A stretch of DNA of 64,000 nt. It comes from Torpedo marmorata. Taxonomy: Eukaryota. Each line of letters starts with the position of its first letter. Position 1 is the first letter of the stretch. This document shows, one piece after another, positions 1 through 13,100 of this stretch. Below the pieces are notes generated by a model. That model did no database searches. It saw nothing but the letters and a program-made list of their open reading frames with translations, and was not told where the DNA came from. The stretch covers positions 58,652,001 through 58,716,000 of the forward strand of contig OZ360220.1 of NCBI GenBank assembly GCA_977017645.1, given 5' to 3'. Made by a program: the position numbers and the translations under genes.

Positions 1-1885
1 TTCCTGAACACATCTGACAAACTCCAACCCATCCAGCCCTTTTACAGTATGGGCGTCCCAGTCAATGTGTGGAAAGTTAAAATCTCCTATAATCACCACC
101 TTATGTTTATTACACATATATGCTATCTCCTTACAAATTTGCACCTCTAATTCCCTCTGCCCATTCGGTGGTCTATAATACACTCCCATTAGTGTTTTCA
201 TGCCTTTCCCATTCCTCAATTCCACCCAAATAGCCTCACTGGACGAGCCCTCCAATCTATCCTGCCATAGCACCGCTGTAATGCTTTCTCTAACAAGCAA
301 TGCAACTCCTCCCCCTTTTATCCCCCCTGTTCTATCACACAGAATCCTGGAATATGACGCTGCCAATCATGCCCCTCCTGCAACCAAGTTTCTCTGATGG
401 CTACAATATCATATTTCCATGTATCAATCCATACTCTAAGCTCATCCACCTTTCTTACAATGCTCCTTGCATTGAAATATATACACTTGAGAGAATGTCC
501 CCCACATACATTACCCTCTCCTTCATTAACTTTAACATTCTGGTTCCTCTCTTCCTTCAAATCTAGGTGTTCTTCTACCCTAATCTCCGCATTCTCATTC
601 TGATTCCCACCCCCCTGCCAAACTAGTTTAAACCCTCCCCAACAGCTCTAGCAAACCTGCCTGCCAGGATATTGGTCCCCCTCCAGTTCAAGTGCAGCCC
701 GTCCCTTTTGTACAGGTCAGACCTTCCCCAGAAGAGATCCCAATGAACAACATATGTGAACCCCTGCCCCCAGCACCAACTCTTTCGCCACGCATTCATC
801 CTCCACATCTTCCTATTCCTTCCCTCTCTCGCTCGTGGCACAGGCAGCAATCCTGAGATTACCACCCTCGAGGTCCTGCTTTTTAACTTCCTTCCTAACT
901 CCTTATATTCTTTCTTCAGGACGTCATCCCCACTTCTTTCTATGTCATTGGTCCCCACATGGACCACGACACCTGGCTGCTCACCCTCCTCCTCCAGAAT
1001 GCTGTGTACTCGATCAGAGACATCCCTGACCCTGGCACCTGGAAGGCAACATACCAACCGGGAGCTCCGATCTCGTACAGCAAACCTCATATCTGTTCTT
1101 CTAACCAGCGAGTCCCCAATTACAAGAGCTCTCCTCTTTTCCCCCCTTCCCTTCTGAGCTAAGAGGCCAGCCCCCGTGCCAGAGACTTGATCCCGCGACT
1201 TGTCCCTGATAGGTTTCCCCCCCCCAACAGTATCGAAAGCAGTATACTTATTATTGAGGGGAACGGCCACAGGGGTTCTCTGCACTGTCTGTCTCCCCCC
1301 TCTTCCCTTTCCTCACAGTTGCCCAGTTAGCTGACTCCTGTCTATTTGGGGTGACTATCTCCCTGAAACTCCTTTCTACGACTACCTCCCTCATGATCTG
1401 AAGTTCATCCAGCTGTAACTCCAGGTCCCTAACTTGGTCTCTCAGGAGTTGTATCTGGATGCACCTTTTGCAGGTGTGGTCATCAGGAACATTTCTGCTG
1501 TCCCTGACCTCCCACACCCTGCATTCGGAACACATGACTGCCCCAACTGCCTCCATAACCCCCTCTTAACTTCAATTAGATTAAGTAGGAATAAACGTAC
1601 CAACCTTACCTCACCGGTAGTACTTCCTCAGCCTCTGCTCGCCGAAGCCTCTCGAGCCAAAGCCTCAGAGCTCCACTCCTTCCCTATGCCACTCACTCAC
1701 TGGCCGCTCCCTCAACTTCCCTTCCTGTTATGGGACACTGCCAATCTAATCAATTACCTAATTTCCCACTCCAACAAATCACCACTTAACTTAACCATTT
1801 ACCCTCCGCGCCCTTTTTAAACTCTCAAAATATTTCACTCACCAACACCAGTCTCTCGCTCCTCCTCCGACTCTCCCTCGACTAG
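1..1885 (-). mobile_element. CR1-clade LINE, 5' portion (5'UTR, ORF1, start of ORF2 endonuclease); continues off the left edge
   Basis: ORF1 1556->623 (frameshift near 1260) has CxxC..CxxC plus a leucine zipper and SGNH-esterase motifs (VIGDS, HVGTND, DGLH). ORF2 begins LKCIYFNARSIVRKVDEL..IVAIRETWL (APE domain). The 5' boundary is approximate. Confidence 0.9.
623..1556 (-). pseudogene. CR1 ORF1 (zinc finger/leucine zipper + SGNH esterase), frameshifted
   Basis: ORFs 1251..1556 and 623..1285 join across a frameshift at the C-run near 1217-1226 to 1260. Confidence 0.85.
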
Positions 1886-2348
1886 AACTGAAAATGAAAA
1901 GGCCCGAGTCTCAACTATGCGGACGCACTATCCCGGCCAACTATCCAAGCCTTAGCCCAAGGGATCGACTACACCGCCCCGGCAGAGGCGCAGCAGGCTG
2001 ATGAAGAGACACACTGTTTCAGAACTGCGAGCACCGGACTGCAACTACAGGACATTGCCATCGGGACAGGTGAGCAAACTCTCCTATGTGACATCTCCAC
2101 AGGCAGGCCACCCCCGACCCATTGTCCCAGCCACGTGGCAGGCAGGTTTTCGATTCCATTCACGGCTTATCCCACACGTCCATCAGGTGCATCCAGTAAA
2201 TTCGTCTGGCACGGTCTCTGCAAGAAAGTCACCGAATGGGCCAATAACTGTGTGCAGTGCCAGACCTCAAAAGTCCAAAACCACACAAAGACCCAGCCAC
2301 AAATATTTGAGCCAACGACCAGGCAATTTGACCACATACACGTAGACC

Positions 2349-4157
2349 GGGGACCGGGATCTTTACAAAAAGTCCAGGCACGACCTGCGGAAGGCCATCT
2401 CTGAAGCAAAGTGGCAATTCCGGAGGAAGCTGGAGACAGAGACAGATACACGCCAGCTATGGCAGGGAGTGCAGGCCATTACAGCCTACAAAGCGAGGGT
2501 GAACACTATAGACGGCTGTGATGCTTCACTACCCGATGAGCTGAACACCTTCTATGCCCGCTTTGAGAAGAAGAACAAAACAGTGCCTACTAGAATCCCT
2601 GAAAAGGCTGAGGACCCTGTGATATCTGTCTCTGAGGGCGACGTCAGAACATCATTCAAGAGGGTGAACCCTCGCAAGGTGTCAGGCCCTGACGGCGTAC
2701 CTGGCAGGGTACTGAAAATCTGCGCCAACCAACTAGCCGGACTGTTCACGGACATTTTCAACCTCTCATTGCAGCAGTCAGAGGTTCCTACCTGCTTCAA
2801 AGGGCATCAATCATCCCGGTACCCAAGAAGAGTAGTGTGGGCTGCCTCAATGACTACCGCCCAGTAGCACTAACTTCTACTGTGATGAAATGCTTTGAGA
2901 GGCTGGTCATGGCCAGAATTAACACATACCTAAGCAAAGATCTGGACCCACTGCAATTCGCCTATCGCCACAATCGCTCCACAGCAGATGCAATATCGCT
3001 GGCTCTCCACTCAGCTCTGGATCACCTCAAAAACAGCAATTCATACATACGGTTGCTCTTCATCGACTACAGCTCGGCCTTCAATACCATTATTCCCTCA
3101 GTGCTGGTCAAGAAGCTACAAACTCTAGGCCTCTGTACCCACCTCTGCAACTGGATCCTTGACTTTCTCATCGGAAGACCACAGTCAGTACGAATTGGAA
3201 ACAACGTCTCCTCCTCACTGATTATCAACAGAGGCGCACCCCAAGGATGCGTGCTTAGACCACTGCTCTACTCGTTATACACCCATGACTGTGTGGCCAG
3301 GCACAATTCCAATACCATATACAAGTTTGCCGATGACACCACAGTTGTCGGCAGAATCACAAACGGCAATGAGGAAGCGTACAGGAGGGAGATAGATCAG
3401 CTCGTTGAATGGTGTAATGGCAACAACCTTGAGCTCAACGTCAGCAAAACCAAGGAGATGATTGTGGACTTCAGGAGGAAGTCAGGGGAACACGACCCAG
3501 TCCTCATCGAGGGCTCAGTCGTGGAGAGGGTCAAGAACTTCAAATTCCTGGGTGTCAACATCTCCGAGGATCTGTCCTGGAGCATCCACGTGGATGCAAT
3601 CACAAAGAAGGCTCATCAGCGGCTATACTTTGTGAGGTGTTTGCGGAGATTCGGTATGTCACCAAAGACTCTCGTAAACTTCTACAGGTGTACCGTGGAG
3701 AGCATTCTGGCTGGTTGCATCACTGCCTGGTATGGAGGCGCCAACTCTCTGGACAAGAGTAATCTCCAGAAGGTTGTTAACTCGGCCTGTGACATCACAG
3801 GCACCAAACTTCACTCCATCAAGGACATCTACATGGGGCGGTGTCTTAAAAAAGCAGCCTCTATCCTCAAGGACCCCCACCACCCAGGCCATGCCCTCTT
3901 CACTCTGCTTCCATCGGGAAAAAGGTACAGGAGCCTAAAGACGAGCACTCAACGGCACAAGGACAGCTTCTTCCCCGCTGCCATCAGATTCCTGAATAAT
4001 CAATGAACCAAAGACACTGCCTTACTTTTCGTGCACTATTGTTTATAATTTTTTATAGTAATGTTGTTAGATGGTTAATATGAATGTTAATTGCACTATG
4101 ATGCTGCCGCAAAACACCGAATTTCATGACTTGTTCATGACAATAAATTCTGATTCT
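2349..4157 (+). mobile_element. Rex1/Babar-type LINE, 5'-truncated, inserted in the Gypsy integrase
   Basis: RT ORF 2837..4006 ([33 protein letters not shown]), upstream part frameshifted near 2800; AATAAA-TTCTGATTCT tail; GACC on both sides (2345-2348, 4158-4161). Confidence 0.88.
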
Positions 4158-5011
4158 GACCTGGTAGGCCCCCTACCCATCTCCAGAGGAGCATGATACC
4201 TCCTCACCATGGTGGACCGTTTCACTCGCTGGCCCGAGGCAGTCCCTCTCGTGGACATCACCACCGAAGCCTGTGCCAGAGCCCTGATCACCAGTTGGGT
4301 CGCACGCTTTGGGGTGCCAGCCCACATTACCTTGGATAGGGGGGCCCAATTTACATCAGCCCTGTGGACAGCCATGGCCAACTTGCTGGGCACACGGCTC
4401 CACAAAACGACAGCTTACCACCCACAATCCAATGGTTTAGTGGAATGCTTCCACTGCCACCTAAAAACTGCTCTAATGGCCCGCCTAGACGGTCCGAATT
4501 GGGTGGACGAGCTGCCGTGGGTCCTCCTGGAGATCCGCACAGCGCCTAAAGAAGACCTCAATACCTCGTCGGCAGAATTGGTCTATGGAACCCCCCTGGT
4601 GGTACTTGGGGAATTCCTTCCCGCCCCAAGGGGGCAAGATGCCAGCACAGCAGAGATGCTCAACAGACTCCACGAGCAACTCGGCAACCGAGCACCAATC
4701 CCCACGTCGCAACGTGGACAGCGGCCCGAGCGCATCCCCAACAACCTGCAGAGCTGTGAGTATGTGTTCGTCAGAAGGGGACCACACAGGGCACCACTAC
4801 AACGGCCTTACGAAGGCCCTTTCCGGGTAGTTAAAAATAACGGCTCCACCTTCATATTTGACATTGGGGGTAAAGAAGAATGTTTCACAACAGACCTTTT
4901 AAAACCAGCACACATGGACTTAACTCAACCTATTGAACTACAGGCACCCAGATGCAGGGGCCGGCCTCCCAAACAACCAAGAGACTCTAACACCGGTTCT
5001 GGGGGGGGTTG

Positions 5012-5352
5012 TGTAGCGGTACCCGCTCTGGGCAAGCGAACTGGTGCCCGCAATGGCAGTCGCGCAAGTGCACGTGGCAACAGCAGGGGCCGGCGCAAAG
5101 ATGGCACCGACCCCCCCCTCCTTCTTCAACCTGGAGAAGAAGGACAGGAGACCCAGGAAAGTTCCCATTATAATGTACAGCTCCCATTGTCATGTAGACG
5201 ACAGCGATTAAGCAGCAATGGTCATGTAAACGACAGCAATTAAGCTCGTAGCCCTGCTTAAAAGCCAGGGCTGCGAGACCCGATTAAACAGTCTTGCTTG
5301 CAACCCACCGACTGTGTGTTGTTCTTCAGAATTCTGTGTAGCTCACCCTACA
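5012..5352 (+). repeat. Gypsy 3' LTR (about 341 bp)
   Basis: TGTAG...CTACA inverted termini just after the PPT; internal TATA-like CTTAAAAG and ATTAAA. Confidence 0.8.
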
Positions 5353-6340
5353 ATATTTCAATTGTCTTGGACTGTGGGCAATCTTGGATCGCCTGCTGTT
5401 GAGAGCTCAGCGTATAGTCTCCCCAGAAAGAAAATAAGAGAGGCCTATTTATTGTTGACTGCTCAGTGCATCTTTTGGTTTGCCTTGATATGAAACATCT
5501 TTGCTCAACAGTTCCTCTAGCTGTGGATATGTAATAGCTCAGGGAGGAAAGAAGCGCACACACATCCATATAAAAATCAATTACTGCTATAGATAATCCA
5601 AAGCAAATTGTGTGTCATTTTAAATGATTGCTAAACAGATGTGAAATTGTGCTGTGAGTGACACAAATGTTGATCGTGCATATTTTGTGTACAAAAACTC
5701 AGGAAACTATTTGCTCTGCAAAATGTCAGAATCTTGAATGGTTTTCAGATTGGATTTTCCGGAAAGCAGTTTTCTGAGCACCTGGAAAATATTACAAAAA
5801 CAAAAATTTTCTGAAACAAAAATTGCTGTGGTTTCTGACAGTTTTTTGTTGTTCTTGTGCTGTATTGATAACTAAACAAATTGAACAATGGGTTTATTTT
5901 CTTAAACCATAGAATTAAAGTTGGATATTTTTGCAAAATAGTGCATTGTGTAATCAAATGATCTAAATGCGCCTGGACTGAATAGTGTGAATCAATCACC
6001 TTTGCAATGCTGATCTCTATTATTAAAATTGAAAATCAGTGGATTAACTATTTGATTTTATTTTGAATAGTGACATTTAATTCCGAACAGTATTTGCAGG
6101 TTGTTTGGAATAAATATTTCTGATCAGAAAAGTAAATATACTGATCAGTCATAATTTATTCAGAAACCATGGAATTCCAGTTTTGAAAGCACATATGTGT
6201 TTGAATGAAACTGTTTTCTGTTTCAGTACATGTGAGAGTTCTTGGACTTGGCAAAATTTGATAATATGTGCTAAGTGGTAACTTTCACATTTTGATGGAT
6301 CCTGAGAGGCCTGCCCAGAATTTCAGTTGAGCCAGTAATT

Positions 6341-6576
6341 TTAATAGTAATTATCATCTTCACTGCTACTAGATGCTTCTCCAAACATATCTTCTCCTTC
6401 TGGAGTTAATTGAAGTTTATTCTTCGTCATCTTTAAGGTGATGAGGACAGGGTTGTTGCTCATGCCAAGAAGAATGAGGTTGTTGTCATTTGCTAGAGTC
6501 ATGGTTGTAATGGCACTGTCAGGAGTAAAAATTGACAGTACGGTGCCACCATCAAGATCCCATACACTCACATCAC
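6341..6576 (-). CDS. Last coding exon of NWD1/NWD2-like NACHT-WD40 protein (G|DVSVWDLDGGTVLSIFTPDS...SSSSEDDNYY*)
   Basis: Acceptor ctcttgtgccttag, phase 1; WD-type motif VSVWD; TAA stop. Family assignment comes from general resemblance, not from a search. Confidence 0.8.
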
Positions 6577-7315
6577 CTAAGGCACAAGAGAGGGCAGTTA
6601 ATGTACTGAAATATTTCAAATAGGCATTTATGATACGAATGGATACAGTACTTCCTGAAGTCAAAATATCACCATATTCTCGAGAGAAAACTAATGACAA
6701 CTTTTCTTTGAAGATGACGATATCAGGTTTCATTAAAACAGAATAATATTTTCCTCTTTTTTAATAAGGGTTACACTGACTTTCATCCTTTCCATTTGAG
6801 GTGGCACTTTTCTACAGCATGGCCTGGATGCAATAATTCACTTAGTGCTATTTTGGCTCTTTTCAGGTGGATAAGAGTTACCCGATGCTTGCCTTTGCTC
6901 CTTGTGAATGGAGCACAGTTGGAGCTATATGATGAATCGTAAGTTTCAAATTGCATTTTTATAATTTCATGGCCTATTACACTTAATTTCTGTCACATTG
7001 TGTTTCCCCGCATTGTCTTTGGTAAATTTAATGCGATGCAAATAATCCATTGGTTTTTCTTTGTAAAATGAAAAATAAGAATTGACGGTTGTTGAATTGG
7101 TCTAATTTTGCAAGAATATGATTTAATAATAACATATAAAAGGGAAAGATAATGTAATTGCTGATTGTCTTTCTAGATGCTAAACTTTATAAATGAAAAT
7201 AGTTCATATTTTGTTTTTGTGGTTGAACATTGTGGGTTTTGTGTATATTGTGACACCTCAATTAATTTCCAAAATTTTGTTCTTGCAGACCAAAATTTTC
7301 TTTGTGGTTGGGAGG

Positions 7316-8105
7316 TGTTATGGACCATGACTGACCATTTGGACTGCGGACGGTCAGCAGGAAGGATGAATTTTTTTGGAGTACACACTGGGATCTGGTA
7401 CTGAAAGAGTTAACTTGCCCAGGACAGCCCAGAGAGAGAGAGAGAGAGAGACAGGCTGTGGAAAGATACTTTGTTGCACTTTTGCAAAAGCAAGTCCAAA
7501 CCTCTGCAAAAAGCATTTCCGTTTGGAGTTGCAAAGGCTGGAGAACACAGCAAAATCCAGGCTCGTGCAACCCAGGGGAAAAGGCTGGGAGAATAGCACA
7601 TGGCCTCCTAAACAACCTTCAGAGAGAACAGGCGTGAGATCACCGAGACCGGCTGTGAGATCCAAGTATACGCCTCAATCCAAAACTGATTTGGAATCAC
7701 AATCCTCGTGTACCTACCAAAAGGGAAAGTCACCAGAGAAGAAAAGCAGGCCAAGCATTCGTAAGCTTAAACAGTTATTGTCTCTCTCTCCAACGTTCAT
7801 TAAGAAGTCCTTCGTGCCAGCACACAGAGCTGAATTTGGACCCTGAACATAGAGTGATTTTTTTGTGGACTGTATTTTTGGGACTGACTTGGGGGTTTTG
7901 GGGAAGGTTTTCCATTTTTACATGAGGGTTGGGCACAGACTGTAATGGTCTGGGCTTTACGTACACACACTTTAGATAAGGATAGTGTTTATAGTGGGGT
8001 TAATTGGTAAGAAATTATATGTTTAATTGCCTTTAATAAATATAAATTTCAATTTTACCCCTTTTGCATTGCGTCTTCTGTCGTTGCTGGTTTGATTTTG
8101 TAACA
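7316..8105 (+). mobile_element. Solo LTR (about 790 bp), family A, copy 1
   Basis: TGTTA...TAACA termini, (GA)n tract, AATAAA near 8035; homologous to 38201..39543 on the opposite strand; no matching TSD for this copy. Confidence 0.75.
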
Positions 8106-8170
8106 ATAGCAAAGATAAAGGTACATAACCAACGTTTCGGGCTTGAGCCCTTCATCAACGTATGGAAAAT
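8106..8170 (-). mobile_element. Penelope-like terminal-repeat fragment with hammerhead-like motif
   Basis: Same sequence as 47500-47555 and 59990-60050. Confidence 0.65.
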
Positions 8171-8359
8171 AGTGGTATTGGTATTTATGTGCAGTGTGTT
8201 GTAACCTATATTTTTCTGGTAAGGAATTTCAAGTTGGTGCTTGTAGTTCACTACTCTGGGTTGCATTGAATAATAAATCTTATTGTGTATTTCACAGCAG
8301 ATAATGAAGAAAATTTTATGGTTCACAAGACTGGTTCTGCTTGCGCTTCAGCCAAGCAT

Positions 8360-9360
8360 TCTGTACCCCCCTCTGCAACTGGATCCTTGACTTTCTCATC
8401 GGAAGACCACAGTCAGTACGAATTGGAAACAACATCTCCTCCTCACTAATTATCAACACAGGCGCACCCCAAGGATGCGTGCTTAGTTCACTGCTCTACT
8501 TGTTATACACCCATGACTGTGTGGCCAGGCACAATTCCAATGCCATCTACAAGTTTGCTGATGACACCACAGTTGTCGGCAGAATCACAAACGGCAATGA
8601 AGAAGCGTACAAGAGGGAGATAGATCAGCTCGTTGAATGGTGTAACGACAACAACCTTGAGCTCAACGTCAGCAAAACCAAGGAGGAAGTCAGGGCAACA
8701 CGACCCAGTCCACATCGAGGGCTCAGTAGTGGAGAGGGTCAAGAACTTCAAATTCCTGGGTGTCAACATCTCCAAGAATCTGTCCTGGAGCCTCCATGTT
8801 GATGCAATCACAAAGAAGGCTCGCCAGCGGCTATACTTTGTGAGGTGTCTGAGGAGATTCGGTATGTCACCGAAGACTCTCGTAAACTTCTACAGGTGTA
8901 CCGTGGAGAGCATTCTGGCTGGTTGCATCACTGCCTGGTATGGAGGCGCCAACTCTCAGGACAAGAGTAAACTCCAGAGGGTTGTTAACTCGGCCTGTGA
9001 CATCACAGGCACCAGACTTCACTCCATCGAGGACATCGACATGAGGCGGTGTCTTAAAAAAGCAGCCTCTATCCTTAAAAAGACCCCCACCACCCAGGCC
9101 GTGCCCTCTTCACTCTGCTACCATCGGGAAAAAGGTACAGGAGCCTAAAGACGAGCACTCAACGGCACAAGGACAGCTTCTTCCCCGCTGCCGTCAGATT
9201 CCTAAATAATCAATGAACCAAAGACACTGCCTTACTTTTCGTGCACTATTATTTATATATAGTAATGTCGTAAGATGGTTATAATATAAATGTTTGCACT
9301 ATGATTCTGCCGCAAAACACCGAATTTCATGACTTGTTCATGACTATAAATTCTGATTCT
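8360..9360 (+). mobile_element. Rex1/Babar LINE copy 2, 5'-truncated
   Basis: Near-identical to 3132..4157; 20-bp deletion near 8683; TTCTGATTCT tail. Confidence 0.88.
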
Positions 9361-10139
9361 GAAGAAGCCATTCTATATCCAGGTATTAACTGAGAATTGG
9401 GCAGATCAGTAAAGCTTGCCAAGTAGTTACAGCACTATCGGAGGCCATATGACCTATTGAGTCCATTCAGGTTCTGTAAGAGCAACCCACCTCACCCTCA
9501 TAGCCTTGTAAATTTTTGTCAGATATTTATCCAGCTCTCCTGAATGCTACAATTGCCACAACTCTCTCTACCACTACATTCCAGACCCTAAACTGTTGCT
9601 GCATTTATTTTTTATTTTTTATTCATTTGGTTCCTCTGCCATTCCTTACATTCATTCTCCTTATCTTGACTTCCTCTTCCCTCCATCTATCCTGAGATTA
9701 TTTAGGATACCTCTGTCAGATTCCCTAGTCCATTCCAAGGAGAACCGCCTTAGCTAGACAAGTCTCAAAGGAGGTCACTCATACCTGGAATCACATTGAT
9801 AAATTTCTTATGCACCCTCTTTGGAGCCTTTACATATTTATTAAAAGGTGCCCAGAATTGTCCCCACTACTCCAATTATTGGCTAAACCAGTGTTTTATA
9901 AAGGTTGATCAAGACCTTTCTGTTCTTGAAATCTGTTTAATATCCTCACAATTTAATGAACTAGGTTTTGTATTTGCATATATGGAAATTATTCAAGTGA
10001 TTAATTAAATCTGTTAAGCAGAACTATACTGACTCCTGGGGAACTCCATTTACCTCCAGTCTGAACTGATACAATTTTCTGCTGGATCACCAATTTGTAC
10101 AGTGATGGGAGGCTGTTATTTGGGATGAAGGCCTGAGAT

Positions 10140-13100
10140 CATGGTGTTGGGACTCCTGTTGTTTGCAGTATATATAAATGACTTGGATGAAAACGTGGGT
10201 TTGCAGATGATACAAAGATTGGTGGTTTTGTGGACAGTGTAGAGGGCTATCAAAGCATACAACAGGATCTAGATCAGTTACATATATGGGCAGAGAAATG
10301 GCAGATGGAGTTTAATCAGGATGAATGTGAGGTGTTGCACTTTAGGAGGTCAAATGTAAGGGGAATAAACTCATTTGACAGATATTGAACATCAAAAATT
10401 GAAAAGAGATTGGGTAGGACATGTTATAGCTTCGTCATTTAACTCTAGGGCTAGAGGAGTAGCTATTTTAGTAAATAAAAAGTTACCTTTTAAGATACAA
10501 TCGACAGTGATTGATGCGGCAGGAAGATATGTTCTGATATATTGTCAAATTTATTCAGAATTTTGGACTCTTATGAATTTATATGTGTCAAATCCTGATG
10601 ATGAACAATTTATTCAAGATGCTTTTTTACATCTATCAGATGCTAAAGAGAATATTTTAATTGGTGGAGATTTTAATTGTTGTCTAAATCCAATAATGGA
10701 TAAAACTTCTAAAACATCTGTTAGACCAAAAATAGTTAAAAAGATAGTTAATTTGATGGAAGATTTAAATTTGGTGGATATTTGGAGAAAGTTGAAACCT
10801 AGAGAGAAAGATTATTCATTTTATTCATTTAGACATAATTCCTTTTCTAGGATAGATTTGTTCCTATTATCTTCACAAATTCAGGATAGAATAATACACA
10901 TATCTTATAAAGCAAGAATAATTTCAGATTATTCACCTTTATTAATGACATGTATAATTCCAGAGAAAGAAAAAACTGTATATAATTGGAGATTTGATTC
11001 CTTTTTATTGAAAAGAAAGGATTTTTGTGAATATATGAGACGAGAAATTCAGGAATTTTTAAGAATAAATAATAATTCGGTTAATGATAAATTTATGGTA
11101 TGGGAGGCTTTGAAAGCCTATTTAAGAGGTTTAATAATAAGTTATTCAGCAAAGATAAAAAAGATTATTCAAAAGAAGAAGAAAAATTAGAGAAGGAGAT
11201 TGAATTTATGGAAAAGGATTTACAGAGAAATAAGTCTATTCTTAGGAGAAATCGTTTAGTAAGGAGGAAATTACATTATAACTTATTGCAAACACGTAAG
11301 ACTTAAAAGTTGATAGTGAGAACAAAACAAAGATATTATGAATTAGGGGAAAAGGCCCATAAGGTTCTGTCATGGCAATTAAAAAAAGAACAAGTTTCTA
11401 AAACTATTAATGCTATAAGGAAGAGAAATACTGGGGAAATAACTTATAAGCCACAAGAAATAAATGAATCTTTTAAAGAATATTATCAGAATTTATATAG
11501 ATCTGAGATTGATCATGATGATATGAAGATTAATAGATTTTTATCTAGAATTACTTTACCTAAATAGAATGTTCAAAGTAAATATTCTTTGGATTTACCT
11601 TTTACGATGAGAGAAGTTACTGACGCAATATCGACGTTGAAAAGTGGTAAATCTCCGGGTGATGATGGGTTTCCAGTAGAATTTTATAAAGAATTTAAAG
11701 ATTTACTGATACCTTTATATATGGAGGTATTGAATCAAGTTACTGAAACTCATTTATTACCGAAGACATTTTTAAATGCTATAATTACGGTTATACCAAA
11801 GAAGGATAGAGATGTGTTGAAAACTGAGTCTTATAGGCCTATTTCATTGTTAAATGTTGACTATAAAATAATGGTGAAAATTTTAGCAAACAGATTAGCT
11901 AAATATTTACCAAATTTAATACATTCAGATCAAGCTGGATTTATTAAAAATAGATATTCGAAAGATAATATAGCTAGACTGATAAGTTTGATTAATGTAT
12001 ATAAGAAGAAACAAGATTTACCATTGGTGGTAACATTAGATGCAGAGAAGGCATTTGATAGAGTAGAGTGGAATTTTTTATTCAAAGTTCTGGAAAAATT
12101 TGGATTCGGAGATAATTTTATAAATTGGATTAAAACTATATATAAAGAACCTACGGCTAAAGTAGTTACAAATGGACAAATATCGCAAAAATTTTTGTTA
12201 TCAAGATCAACACGACAGGGATGTCCTTTGTCACCTGCTTTGTTTGTCTTAGTAATAGAACCTTTAGCTGAAATGATTAGAGAAGATATAAATATAATGG
12301 GAATAAAAGTTGGTAGGGAAGAACATAAGATTAGTTTATTTGCAGATGATGTATTAATATATATGACAAAATCTGTTACATCACTTCAACAATTGGCTAT
12401 TATATTGACAGAATATGGTGAGATATCAGGATATAAAATTAATTCAGATAAAAGTGAGATTTTGGCTTTATCTCAAGGGGATTATACTAGATGTAAAGAA
12501 GTTACGGACTTTAAATGGACTACAGAGAGTATTAAATATTTGGGAGTTAAAGTTGATACAAAATTAGAAAATTTGTATAAATTAAATTATATACCTTTAT
12601 TTATGAAAATAAAAAAAGATTTACCTATAACTTTGATGGGAAGAGTAAATTGTATCAAAATGAATGTTTTTCCAAGAATTCAATATCTTTTTCAATCGAT
12701 TCCTTATGGTATTCCAAGTAAATTTTTTAAAGATTTAAAATTTGTTGTTAGGAAATTTTTATGGAAAGGAAAGCTGGCAAGAGTAAGTATAGATAAATTA
12801 ACATGGAATTATGAGATGGGAGGGTTACAACTTCCCAATTTTCAGTATTATTATAAAGTAGCTCAATTAAAGTTTATTAATGAATTTTTTGATTTAAATA
12901 AATCTTCTGCTTGGATTAATATAGAATTGAATAATATAGGAGAAATACATAAAGAAGATATTATTTATAAATGGAATTCTAAATTACTATTACTTAAAAA
13001 GAAAAATACACCAATCATTAAACATCTGTTGGAAGTTTGGTCACAAGTAGACAAAGAGATAGGTCAAAAAGGATCAATTTCTTTAAATACACCAATTTAT

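Larger units (their letters stand above)
1905..5352 (+). mobile_element. Gypsy LTR retrotransposon, 3' half (RNase H end, integrase, PPT, 3' LTR), split by a Rex1 insertion
   Basis: ADALSR at about 1918; zinc-binding region CVQCQTSK; HIHVD | LVGPLP junction around the insert; integrase core DRFTRWPEA, DRGAQF, TTAYHPQSNG, RPYEGPF; G-run PPT at 5001-5008. Confidence 0.9.

Noticed and set aside
4209-5243. Extended C-terminus of the 344-aa integrase ORF
   Set aside because: The tail runs through the PPT into the LTR, and the upstream pol is broken
7173-7966. Cluster of overlapping ORFs on both strands
   Set aside because: They lie in a solo LTR with a (GA)n tract, and the frames are not conserved in the second copy
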